64,000 bases of DNA. Source: Promethearchaeota archaeon. Its GTDB lineage: Archaea; Asgardarchaeota; Lokiarchaeia; Sigyniarchaeales; SOKP01. The position numbers and the translations under genes are program-made. Numbering within the stretch: the first letter of the stretch is position 1; each line of letters opens with the position of its first letter. Location of the stretch: contig JAHPZA010000006.1 in NCBI GenBank assembly GCA_019058445.1, positions 160,001 to 224,000 of the forward strand, in the 5' to 3' direction. This document shows positions 21,467 to 30,417 of the stretch, piece by piece. The notes under the pieces are model-generated. The model was not told the DNA's origin, made no database searches, and saw only the letters and a list, made by a program, of their open reading frames with translations.

Positions 21467-22606
21467 TTAACCACCTCCCTCCAATACAAATAATATACTA
21501 TTTTGAGCACAAAAACCCACCTGTCCAGAAGCAATTGCTTTCTTGGCACCGGAAACTTGATACTCATCTGCTTCCCCTCGAAGTTGCTTCGCAGCTTCTA
21601 CTATTCTTGTCAGTCCACAAGCACAAGGAGTAAATGCACTCATCGCCCCTCCAGAAGGATTTAATGCTGATCCTGAATCAAGCAACGTCGCTCCTTTTCC
21701 ATTTTCAGCCAATTTTGCTGCCTCTGCTAATATTAATTCTTCACACGATGTATGTCCAAAGAGTTCTGCTACATCAATTTCAGATTTAGGATCACTTATT
21801 CCAGCCATTTTATACGCTTTTTCGGCCGCTTTTTCCATTGAAACGCTTTTGCTTAAATCTCTATCACCTAAATAATAGGTCTCCTGACATTGTCCCATCC
21901 CGGTGATCCACACGGGGGTATCCGTAATTTTTAAACTTTGTCTCTCAGGAGCTAAAATCATCGCAGTTGCCCCATCACATGGGATAGGATACATCAATTC
22001 CCTTAAGGGACTGCTTAAAACCTCAGAATTTAACACATCTTGCACAGAGATATCCGATTTTTTCACATCTGGTAAAGCTAAAGGATTTTTCGCAGAATTC
22101 TTATAACCTTGTACTGCAACCTTCGCAATTTCTTCTTCGCTCACGCCAAATGCTTTCATATAAGCCCTCATTTGCATTCCTCCAGCAGTATATGAGTTTA
22201 TCAAACTTATGGTTCTATCAAAAGTAGGATCTAATTCCAAGATTCTCACTGGCTCATATAAATAGCATGATGGCATGCTAAATCCATATATCATCGCTAA
22301 TTTATGGTTACCTGATAATATTCTATACTGCCCGTAAGCTGCGGCATGCGCTCCATCCATTTCGACTTTAGTCTCGTCCTTCATATAAGCCCCCCCTGCT
22401 TCTACTTTAAAGCAGTTCGAAATAGTTTTTCCATCATAGTAATCGTTCGTGCACGTTACTACAGTGGTAATATCTTTTCTTTTTAAACCAGCAGAATCCA
22501 AGGCTCCCCTCACTGCAGAGTAAATGGCTTCATAGGGACTCATCATCATATCCAGTTCAGGTTTTAGTTGACAATACCCAACAATTCCTACTCGTTCCAT
22601 CTTCAT
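21467..22606 (-). CDS. Thiolase-like protein, Ltp4-like
   Basis: DYYDGKTIS, VEMDGAHA, DGATA, DVAEL, NPSGG. Confidence 0.85.
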   Translation of the reverse strand: MKMERVGIVGYCQLKPELDMMMSPYEAIYSAVRGALDSAGLKRKDITTVVTCTNDYYDGKTISNCFKVEAGGAYMKDETKVEMDGAHAAAYGQYRILSGNHKLAMIYGFSMPSCYLYEPVRILELDPTFDRTISLINSYTAGGMQMRAYMKAFGVSEEEIAKVAVQGYKNSAKNPLALPDVKKSDISVQDVLNSEVLSSPLRELMYPIPCDGATAMILAPERQSLKITDTPVWITGMGQCQETYYLGDRDLSKSVSMEKAAEKAYKMAGISDPKSEIDVAELFGHTSCEELILAEAAKLAENGKGATLLDSGSALNPSGGAMSAFTPCACGLTRIVEAAKQLRGEADEYQVSGAKKAIASGQVGFCAQNSILFVLEGGG

Positions 22607-23082
22607 CCACCTCCCACCGGTTCAAAACCCGCAATATCGTTGGGATGACCTTTAACATTTTTCGCCCATACAACTTTCACCTTCATCCCTTCTTTTAGAG
22701 AATCTGGACTTATGTTTATGATCGGCGCTATTATGCCTGTATCAGCTCCATCAATTTGAATCAATCCCACCATAATGGGTTCCTTTGCCTTTCTTGCTCT
22801 ACGCTCTGTAACATTATAATTAGATACTGTGAAATTTTTTAGTACTCCATTTTCAGGTAATTCCACGAATTCCTCAGCCTTAGCAAAACAGTCACCACAT
22901 CGATTTCTTGGTGGCAAAAACACACGCTGGCACTTGGAACATTTGCTGCCTATAAATTGTTTGTTTTGCAAACCGTCATAGAATTTATCCATTACAATTC
23001 CTACCCAAAAATCAAACTCAGCACGCACCATGCCTCGTTTCACATAAACATCTTGTTCATCTTCAAGATTTAATTTTGAAAT
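22603..23082 (-). CDS. DUF35 family Zn-ribbon/OB-fold protein; probable ATT start at 23082 (ORF track starts at 23043)
   Basis: CSKC...PPRNRCGDC, IDGAD. The frame is open upstream to an ATT that has SD GGTGA 6 nt before it. Confidence 0.85.
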   Translation of the reverse strand: MSKLNLEDEQDVYVKRGMVRAEFDFWVGIVMDKFYDGLQNKQFIGSKCSKCQRVFLPPRNRCGDCFAKAEEFVELPENGVLKNFTVSNYNVTERRARKAKEPIMVGLIQIDGADTGIIAPIINISPDSLKEGMKVKVVWAKNVKGHPNDIAGFEPVGGG

Positions 23083-23267
23083 CGTTCTTCACCCAATATT
23101 TTTTTTTTAGTTTTAATTTAAATTTTAATTATTAATTAATTGGATATCATTATAAATATAAGTTTCAATAAGATATTCAAAAATTTTCAATTACTTAGTT
23201 TGCGAATTGTCAGTAAAAAAGAGAGAAAAAAATAAATTCGCTTTGCTCTTCTAGGAACGTAAATTCT

Positions 23268-23384
23268 TTAAGGAGAACCCTCGCCACAACCTGGAATACT
23301 GACTCCAGCGCTGGCAAGACTCAGTCCATAAGCTAAGGTAAGCATGACCGCTAAAGCGACAATAGTTTTTTTGTGAACATTCAT
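23268..23384 (-). CDS. Small 38-aa putative secreted peptide precursor (not in the ORF track)
   Basis: MNVHKKTIVALAVMLTLAYGLSLASA|GVSIPGCGEGSP: basic N-region, hydrophobic core, ASA cleavage motif. GC-richer than its flanks; T-run downstream. Confidence 0.65.
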   Translation of the reverse strand: MNVHKKTIVALAVMLTLAYGLSLASAGVSIPGCGEGSP

Positions 23385-23493
23385 TTTAGTAACCTACTTA
23401 GAGTTTATAATCATTCGATATTACAAGTAGTATTTACTAATTTATATCCGCTTATTTAAATAACACGAATTTAGAAATTTAGCGAATTAAAAT

Positions 23494-24540
23494 TTATAAT
23501 AATTTTTTCAAAACCACACCTATTTTTTTGATAGCATATTGAATATCATCTTCATTGATTCCGTAATGGGTGACAAAACGAATTCTATGCTTATCGATAT
23601 TAAAGGCCATAACCCCCTCATTGCCGAGAGTTCGTACGACTTTCCCGATTCGAATACCTTCAGGCACAGATATTATCAAAATATTTGTATCAGGGTTTAA
23701 AATTTTTACAGATGAATTAAAACTTGCAATTCCCTCGGCAAGTAATTTCGCATTTTTATGATCCTCTTCGAGTCTTTGAATCCATTTTGGTTCGAGAGCA
23801 ACCAAACCAAATGAGGCAATGATTCCAGCTTGTCTCATGCCTCCTCCTACCATTTTTCTATATTTTCTTGCTTCCGAGATAAAACTTTTAGAACCTGCGA
23901 CTAAAGATCCAACGGGGCACGAAAGTCCCTTTGATAGGCAAAACATAAGGCTATCAACATGCTTAGTGATTTCGGTAACATTCACGCCTAGCCCGATAGC
24001 CGCATTAAATACTCTTGCGCCATCCAAATGGAATTTTAAACCATTTTTGTCTGCAAATTGCTTCATTTCTCTTAAAACTTCAGGTTTAATTATCGCTCCT
24101 CCATGATAGTTATGCGTGTTTTCAGAAGTTAGTAGAGTTATCTTTTGTTCTTTAGCTCTGTTTTTATCGATTATATTTTGAAGCTCATCAATAGAAGGAG
24201 CGCCCCTATTAGAAGAATAGAGATTAACCTTTAATTCTGCAATTTTCGTAGCGCTACTTAATTCATTTTGGTAAATATGACATTGCTCTTCAATTAGGAT
24301 TTCTTCACCACGATTGGTATGAGATAGCATTGCGACGAGGTTAGCTTGTGTACCAGATGTAACATACACCGCCGTTTCCTTTCCGACTATTTTTGCTGCT
24401 TTCTCTTCCAATTTATTAACACTCGGGTCTTCTCCAAAGACATCATCCCCAATGTGTGAATTATCTAAAGATTTGAGCATTTCCCACATTTCAGGAGATG
24501 GTTTTGTAAACGTATCAGACCGCAAATCGACTACTTTCAT
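23494..24540 (-). CDS. ltaE: Low-specificity L-threonine aldolase
   Basis: DLRSDT, GDDVFGEDP, SGTQAN, ENTHN, HLDGAR, CLSKGL, GGGMRQAG. Start at MKVV. Confidence 0.92.
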   Translation of the reverse strand: MKVVDLRSDTFTKPSPEMWEMLKSLDNSHIGDDVFGEDPSVNKLEEKAAKIVGKETAVYVTSGTQANLVAMLSHTNRGEEILIEEQCHIYQNELSSATKIAELKVNLYSSNRGAPSIDELQNIIDKNRAKEQKITLLTSENTHNYHGGAIIKPEVLREMKQFADKNGLKFHLDGARVFNAAIGLGVNVTEITKHVDSLMFCLSKGLSCPVGSLVAGSKSFISEARKYRKMVGGGMRQAGIIASFGLVALEPKWIQRLEEDHKNAKLLAEGIASFNSSVKILNPDTNILIISVPEGIRIGKVVRTLGNEGVMAFNIDKHRIRFVTHYGINEDDIQYAIKKIGVVLKKLL

Positions 24541-24590
24541 ATAGTATCCCAATAAATAATCCTTAAGTGAGCTATAAAGTGAATAAAGGA

Positions 24591-25175
24591 TTAAAAATTA
24601 TATGATGGCAAAAACTCATAGAGTACATCTTCTTCTAAATTTAAAAGAAATTCAGGGGAAATTGTTTTGAGAGGTATTTTTTCTGTCCTTGTAAGGGTAA
24701 TTTTTTCGGTGTCTAACGCTCCATCATACCAATGCTTTAAAAGCCCGATTCTTGAGATTTTTTTGGTATTTAGTAAGCTACGAAGAAAATCCAGCCATCT
24801 CTTTGTTTCATTTTCTTTTTCCTTAGGAGTAAGTTTTTTCCTTAATGTTGAAGAACCTTCCCTTTGCAGTTTTTCTTTTATCCATTGATCAATTTGCTCA
24901 TCCGTCCATTTTTTCTTTTTTAAGTTGCGCACTTTTTGAGAATTAAGTAAATTTTGATATTCCTGTAGATTATTTGAAGACCCTAAAACAGTATCACAGT
25001 CGCAATAGTCTTTTGTTGCTCGCAAATATAGCTCTCCAGAACGAAGCTGAGACAGAATGGATTCATTCTCTATAGGATTAAAGGCCATGTTATATTCATT
25101 AAATATATTGTCTAATTCTTCTAACACAACGCCTTTAGGAAGGGTTGCAGTTATATAAAAACACATATTAACCAT
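24591..25175 (-). CDS. Hypothetical protein (MCFY...YCDC)
   Basis: 194-aa ORF overlapping the upstream gene by 8 nt. Confidence 0.65.
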   Translation of the reverse strand: MVNMCFYITATLPKGVVLEELDNIFNEYNMAFNPIENESILSQLRSGELYLRATKDYCDCDTVLGSSNNLQEYQNLLNSQKVRNLKKKKWTDEQIDQWIKEKLQREGSSTLRKKLTPKEKENETKRWLDFLRSLLNTKKISRIGLLKHWYDGALDTEKITLTRTEKIPLKTISPEFLLNLEEDVLYEFLPSYNF

Positions 25176-25584
25176 TAATTTTACTAGATATTTTACTTTT
25201 TCTTAATTTTTGATAGAGGCAGCGAAGGTTTTTCGCAGAATTTAAATCGGTAGGATCTAGCTCTAAGACCCGGTTATATGCCTCTTCAGCTCTTTTATAA
25301 TCCCCTTTATCATAATAAATAATCGCAAGGCGCCTCCATACGGTTGGGTTGAAATTAGACTTTAATGCTTGCTCATATTCATTTTGATCTAAAAGGATTC
25401 TCTTAACATCACGTCTTACTAATTTGGTATAGCAGCCACAGCAATAAAACTGTAGAGAAGGATGATTCCAGAGCTTTTTTAATTTAATTTCGTCAAAAAC
25501 TTGATTTACTTCTTTAAATTCATCAAAATTCAATAGTTTTTTACAGGCCCAACAATATTTTTTAGAGATAATCATCTTCAACAA
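25168..25584 (-). CDS. Zn-finger plus single TPR protein
   Basis: CWAC...CCGC followed by a TPR (WRRLAIIYYDKGDYKRAEEAYNRVLELDP). Confidence 0.75.
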   Translation of the reverse strand: MLKMIISKKYCWACKKLLNFDEFKEVNQVFDEIKLKKLWNHPSLQFYCCGCYTKLVRRDVKRILLDQNEYEQALKSNFNPTVWRRLAIIYYDKGDYKRAEEAYNRVLELDPTDLNSAKNLRCLYQKLRKSKISSKING

Positions 25585-25644
25585 TAATTAATCAGTGATT
25601 ATAAGATGATAATTCCTTTATATAACATCTTAGTAATGTGAACT

Positions 25645-26826
25645 TTATTTCTGAAATTTTTCCTTAATCGCTTTTTGTTCTTCCCGGGCTTTAAATGGTT
25701 TAGAGGGTTTAGACATATCGAGTGTGCTATCGCACGCCCAACATACGTTTTCCAAATTAGTTAAAGCATTATAACATCTTTCACAATATGAAGTTTTACA
25801 ATTTCTGCAAACAAAGTTAATTCCTATAACTTCCCCCTTACATACCAAGCATATCTTTTTTTCTTTTGAGACAATTACTTCTTCTTCGGTTAATTTTTGA
25901 GGTCTAGTAAAACCTTTAAAGATATCTTCTGGTTCCTTTTCCATTGTTTTCTCAAAGGATACTCTTGAAATAGTGCTTTTAGCCTTTTTCATTTGAACGA
26001 TCCCAAATATTATTAGTATAGAGTATAATGGGATAAATAATAGAATATAAAATTTGGTAGAAACCGGAATAGGGGTGGAGATTAAACTTAAAATAACAAA
26101 TATCATTGACCCATGAAAAAGAATAAGAATTATCCAATGAAAAACTGAATTTAATCTAATAAAGGTATCTAGTTTAATAAAGAGTGGTATAAGAAGTAAT
26201 GTTCCGCAAACGAGCATTACCGTTGGTATAATAGAAGGATGAATTCCGATGTAATATACAGTACTTATAAAAATAAAGGAAGAAAAACCAAAATTAGAGC
26301 CAGTTATAATAAACACTGAAATAATTCTAAGTTCTCTGCTTGATTTAATAGAAAGCTTTATACCAGCATAATTAATTATGTATACATTAAAAAGGAAGGC
26401 AATTGCTATGAAAGTTGAGTCTACAATCATAAAATATAAACCAATCATATTGATTACTGATAATAAATATTTTGTAGATTTAAAGACTCGCTCAAATAGA
26501 AATACGAAAATTGTTGCTCCTATTACCCAGCTCAGTGAGGCAAGATGAAAAAAAATATTCGAGAACATACTCTCATCTGCAATTGCATAAAAACTATGTC
26601 CGACATAATGGCCCTCTACGAAATAAATTGCTAAAAAATAAAAAATGAAATTTAATGTTATCGCAAATATAAACATCATCCCAAATCCATATAATATTAA
26701 TTTTTCATTACGATTCTCATTCTTATAAGCCCGATTCAAGTAAAGTAAGCCTATTAATAGCGTCATAAATATTACTATTATCCACAATGCTCGTTCTAAA
26801 GGATCAAATATTAAAGCTTCGTTCAT
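25645..26826 (-). CDS. Polytopic membrane protein with C-terminal Cys8 RING-like zinc finger
   Basis: About 9 TM segments, then CLVC-x10-CRNC-x4-CERC-x10-CWAC. Confidence 0.75.
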   Translation of the reverse strand: MNEALIFDPLERALWIIVIFMTLLIGLLYLNRAYKNENRNEKLILYGFGMMFIFAITLNFIFYFLAIYFVEGHYVGHSFYAIADESMFSNIFFHLASLSWVIGATIFVFLFERVFKSTKYLLSVINMIGLYFMIVDSTFIAIAFLFNVYIINYAGIKLSIKSSRELRIISVFIITGSNFGFSSFIFISTVYYIGIHPSIIPTVMLVCGTLLLIPLFIKLDTFIRLNSVFHWIILILFHGSMIFVILSLISTPIPVSTKFYILLFIPLYSILIIFGIVQMKKAKSTISRVSFEKTMEKEPEDIFKGFTRPQKLTEEEVIVSKEKKICLVCKGEVIGINFVCRNCKTSYCERCYNALTNLENVCWACDSTLDMSKPSKPFKAREEQKAIKEKFQK

Positions 26827-27076
26827 TTGGCATCAACATTAAATTTCTAATAAATATTAATCTACATAAATGTAATTAATAGTATTCTTAGGAATTTTTA
26901 ATTTATAAATTTTAATTTTGTTTAGTCGTGAAGGAATATTCTAAAAATCTAATTGAGATAATCTTTTTTTCAATTAATAGAATAACTTCTAGAACTAAAA
27001 TAGAAAACATATCAAATTATATGTCATTTTCTATGAAATTATCTCAATAAAGAGAATAAAATAAAAAAAATAGTAA

Positions 27077-27445
27077 TTAAGTTTTAATAATGATTGTAAT
27101 TGCTCTCGTAAGACGGATAACGTCCATAACTTTTCCTTGCTCTACGATGATTTGTTCTCGACTTATTGCGTGGGTAAAATCTCCTTTTCCTTCACATATT
27201 CGTACGATAGCATTCGGATCTCCAGACATAACAATCTCTGCATTTGGGAGTGTTCCATCCACAATTTTTCCTTTCTTCTCCTTAATTTCTAAATAAAAGG
27301 GATCTTCATTCTCCAGATTAAATTGAAAAGTCATATCCCAGTTTACATCCTTGCCAGCAACGTTAGTAACAAATACCGTTTGTGCCTTAGGATTTCCATT
27401 TAAACCTTCAATAACTTTTGTTAAATTTTCTTTTGCAGCTCCCAT
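27077..27445 (-). CDS. SCP2 sterol/lipid-binding domain protein
   Basis: FQFNL...FYLEI..GKIVDG...AEIV...G..D pattern of the SCP2 fold; in an operon with thiolase/DUF35. Confidence 0.75.
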   Translation of the reverse strand: MGAAKENLTKVIEGLNGNPKAQTVFVTNVAGKDVNWDMTFQFNLENEDPFYLEIKEKKGKIVDGTLPNAEIVMSGDPNAIVRICEGKGDFTHAISREQIIVEQGKVMDVIRLTRAITIIIKT

Positions 27446-27447
27446 TT

Positions 27448-27951
27448 TTAAGCACCTCCCTCGTATTCTGGTTTAGCAATCCATCTTTCATACTCATCTT
27501 CAGGTACAAAAAAGAAATCCGTCATTTTACCTTCTCTGTTTTTGGAAAATACCGCTTTAACTCTTCGTCCTTTTTTAACTTTTGAGGGAACTAGATTTTC
27601 TGAAAATATTCCTTGAAATAAAGCAGTGTCAGCTCCATCTAATTTTATAAAACCTATAGAATAGGGTACCGATTTTATAAACGCAGAAGTTGTATACCAA
27701 ACGATAGTGCTAACCTCAATCGTTCCTGTTTGTTTCATTTCAATCCATTCGGTAGGCGAATAACATTCTGAGCAATTAATTCTTGGAGGCATCCATATTT
27801 TCCCGCAATTTGAATTAGTGCATTTAGTTCCTAACAACTTTTTATTGTTCATGACCTCAATAAAGAACTTAGATTGTCCTCCCATCGTGTATTTATAGTT
27901 AATTTTAATTATATCCCTTATTTCATGTGATTGAAAATCTTGCTTGCTCAT
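27448..27951 (-). CDS. DUF35 family Zn-ribbon/OB-fold protein
   Basis: CTNSNCG...PPRINCSEC, KLDGAD, RVKAVF. Confidence 0.88.
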   Translation of the reverse strand: MSKQDFQSHEIRDIIKINYKYTMGGQSKFFIEVMNNKKLLGTKCTNSNCGKIWMPPRINCSECYSPTEWIEMKQTGTIEVSTIVWYTTSAFIKSVPYSIGFIKLDGADTALFQGIFSENLVPSKVKKGRRVKAVFSKNREGKMTDFFFVPEDEYERWIAKPEYEGGA

Positions 27952-29275
27952 GGTTGTTTCAATCCCTCCTCATTCGTCATTACAATAATCGCAGCATATG
28001 CTGCTCCAGGACCTCCAATTGAGTGCGCTATAGCCCTGCCTTTTTCAATTGTTACTTGGTGCTTACCAGCATCTTCTCGAAGTTGTAGTGCTGCTTCTCC
28101 TGTGCTCATAATCCCTGTAGCACCTACAGCGTGACCGCATCCAATCAATCCTCCTGATGGGCAACATGGTACTTCACCATTAATCCATGGCCCTTCTCCT
28201 GGTTTTTCAAAGCTATTTTCAATCCAAGGACCTCCTTCTCCAAAAGGAACAAATCCCAATTCTTCATACGATATAACCTCTTGCCCGCTAAATGCATCAT
28301 GCAGTTCTGCTAAGTCAACTTGTTGCTTTATTTTATTATAATCAAGTCCTGCCATTTTATAAGCTACTTTAGCTGCATTAATATTTGAATATAATCTTCC
28401 CATATCTTCTCTATTACCTATAAAACAGTCAGTATTCGCCGCACCTACACCCGTAATCCAAATTGGTTTTTCAATACCTAATTCCTTAACTTTTTCTTCT
28501 GGTGCTAGAATTAAGGCCGCTGATGCTTCTGAGTAAAGACAACAATCTAACATTTTAAAAGGATAACAAATAATCCTCGAATTCAAGACATCTTCAATTG
28601 TTAAATCCATCGGAGACTGCGCTTTAGGATTAAGCATTGCGTTTCCATGGTTTTTAACGCTAACAATAGCCAAAATTAACTAAACGTTAAAATTTTAAGC
28701 CATATGCTCTTCAGTTGGATTTCCAAATTCCTCAAAATGAGCATTAACCATAGAAACGTAAGAACTAGCTGCCATCATCCCCATAGGATACTCATAAGTC
28801 AAATCTGCTGAATATGCGATGGCATTGAGCACTTCTGGTGTTGTTGTACCTGTTTAAACTTATTAGGGATATCCTAATTGATTTGTTCATCGTAACAATC
28901 GTTACATTTTTCCAGACCAAGACATAGGCATAGGTCTGACAACCCAGAAGCAACTTCAGCATAAGCCATCCTTACAGTATAGCCGCCTGTAGCACCTCCT
29001 GAGGCAATCCGGGTACCTGGCTTATCATTCATCCCGATGTAACTATTAGTAAAAATATCCGGCATGAATTGCCGTTCAAACAGCTCGTTATAAATCCCAT
29101 ACACTGTTGATTCCAAGTCTTTGTGCGTAATTTGTGCTCCGTTCTTATTGGCATCGTCAAGCGCCAATTTTGTCGCGTCATAAGCCAGCTCAAAATAGGT
29201 CTTATCCAAATATCTTGCTCTAAAAGGTGTTATTCCTACACCTATTATCGCTACTTTTCTCACTTTATTTTTCAC
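27948..29275 (-). CDS. Thiolase-like protein in three exons (29275-28883, 28853-28696, 28665-27948), 422 aa after removing two introns
   Basis: N-terminal ORF (VAIIGVG.TPF...GLEK), a 158-nt middle exon (TGTTTPEVLNAIAYSAD...PTEEHMA) and a C-terminal ORF (VSVKNH.NA..NPKA, AELHDAF, PSGGLIGCGHAVGATG). Exons total 1269 nt = 423 codons. Confidence 0.85.
28666..28695 (-). other. Putative 30-nt BHB mRNA intron (thiolase intron 2)
   Basis: AU[GGCU]UA^A AAUUUUAAC-GUUUA-GUUAAUUUU [GGCU]AU^U GU. Contains in-frame UAA and UAG; splicing gives EEHMAYVSVKNH. Confidence 0.75.
28854..28882 (-). other. Putative 29-nt BHB/BHL mRNA intron (thiolase intron 1)
   Basis: [GAAC]AA^A UCAAUUAGG-AUAUC-CCUAAUAA [GUUU]AA^A CAGG. 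Frameshifting and stop-containing; splicing gives DCYDEQTGTTTPEV. Confidence 0.78.
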
Positions 29276-29353
29276 TCAATATTTTTTAGATTTTTTTGAA
29301 TATATTATAGATATAGATTTAATTTGTCTTTAATCATATTTTAAAATTGTTAA
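29196..29353. repeat. Repeat copy 1: thiolase 5' end plus divergent promoter region
   Basis: taggtcttatccaaatatcttgctctaaaaggtgttattcctacacctattatcgctacttttctcac...atatagatttaat...tattttaaaattgttaat. Confidence 0.85.
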
Positions 29354-29475
29354 TCTTAATTTTGAATTATTAGGTTTGATTCAATAAGAATAGTATAAAT
29401 AATTTTTATATATTAACATAAGTTTTAGATTACTATGGATAATCCAGTTATTATATTTTAAAAAGAGACTTTTCT

Positions 29476-30144
29476 ATGGAAAACTCGGGTGATCAATATT
29501 CCGTTAAATATTCTGTTAAATATATTCTTATTCATTTTGGCTTAATATTAACAATAATTGTTGTTTTATATATAATAAGTGATATTTATCGATGGGGGCT
29601 GGATCCATACCAATTCTTAGGTTATGCTTTTTTATCAACTTTGGCTTTAGTTATCTTATTCGTTGGTATTTATCATATTCACGCTGAAAGAAATAAAATA
29701 GATTTCTTCGAAATTACATCCCCTAAAACTTTTATCAATATAATTTTAAGAAAAAGTTGGCTATTTGCAATTATTTGCATTCCAGTTGGAATATTTTTTA
29801 TATCAATCAATTTATTATCAAGTTTTTTATTTGGTTTCGAGCTTATTCGGTTATCATATGATCTGTGGTTCTTCATCATTTTAATTACTGGAATAATGGA
29901 ATTAATAAACGGTTGTCTTATATTAAAATTCAAGTCGTTCAATGTTAATTTAAATATTATTGCTTATTTATTGAATATATTAACATTGCTTTGGTACCTT
30001 ATTATATGTGGTTTTGGGATGCTATTTTATTCATTATTAGTATTTTTTCATTTCTTTTTTGTAGTACTGATTTATCAATTTATATTTAGTGTTTTGAAAA
30101 TTCTCAAAAATAAGGATCTTCTTAATAATTTTTCATTATTATAA
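29476..30144 (+). CDS. Multi-pass membrane protein; an in-frame zinc ribbon follows the TAA stop (to 30228)
   Basis: About 6 TM segments; after the stop the frame reads ICKNCGYKSLGPFEICSNCRIKQNKEN. Confidence 0.65.
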   Translation: MENSGDQYSVKYSVKYILIHFGLILTIIVVLYIISDIYRWGLDPYQFLGYAFLSTLALVILFVGIYHIHAERNKIDFFEITSPKTFINIILRKSWLFAIICIPVGIFFISINLLSSFLFGFELIRLSYDLWFFIILITGIMELINGCLILKFKSFNVNLNIIAYLLNILTLLWYLIICGFGMLFYSLLVFFHFFFVVLIYQFIFSVLKILKNKDLLNNFSLL

Positions 30145-30263
30145 ATTTGTAAAAACTGTGGATATAAATCATTGGGTCCTTTTGAAATCTGTTCCAATTG
30201 CAGGATTAAACAAAATAAAGAAAATTAAACAAAAGTAGTAAAGTAAGATAAATCATTTCAAAT

Positions 30264-30417
30264 TAGGTCTTATCTAAATATCTTGCTCTAAAAGGTGTTA
30301 TTCCTACACCTATTATCGCTACTTTTCTCACGTTTTTTCACTTAATTTTATTCGTATTTTTTTATATATTATAAATATAGATTTAATGTTTATTTGCTAA
30401 TATTTTAAAATTGTTAA
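30264..30417. repeat. Repeat copy 2: near-identical thiolase 5' fragment plus promoter
   Basis: About 68 bp almost identical to 29196-29263, followed by a diverged copy of the promoter. Confidence 0.85.

Noticed and set aside
28666-28882. Thiolase as an ordinary pseudogene or sequencing error
   Set aside because: Both lesions are structured 29-30 nt insertions with splice-compatible geometry, and the exons carry no other lesions. Not formally excluded without RNA data.
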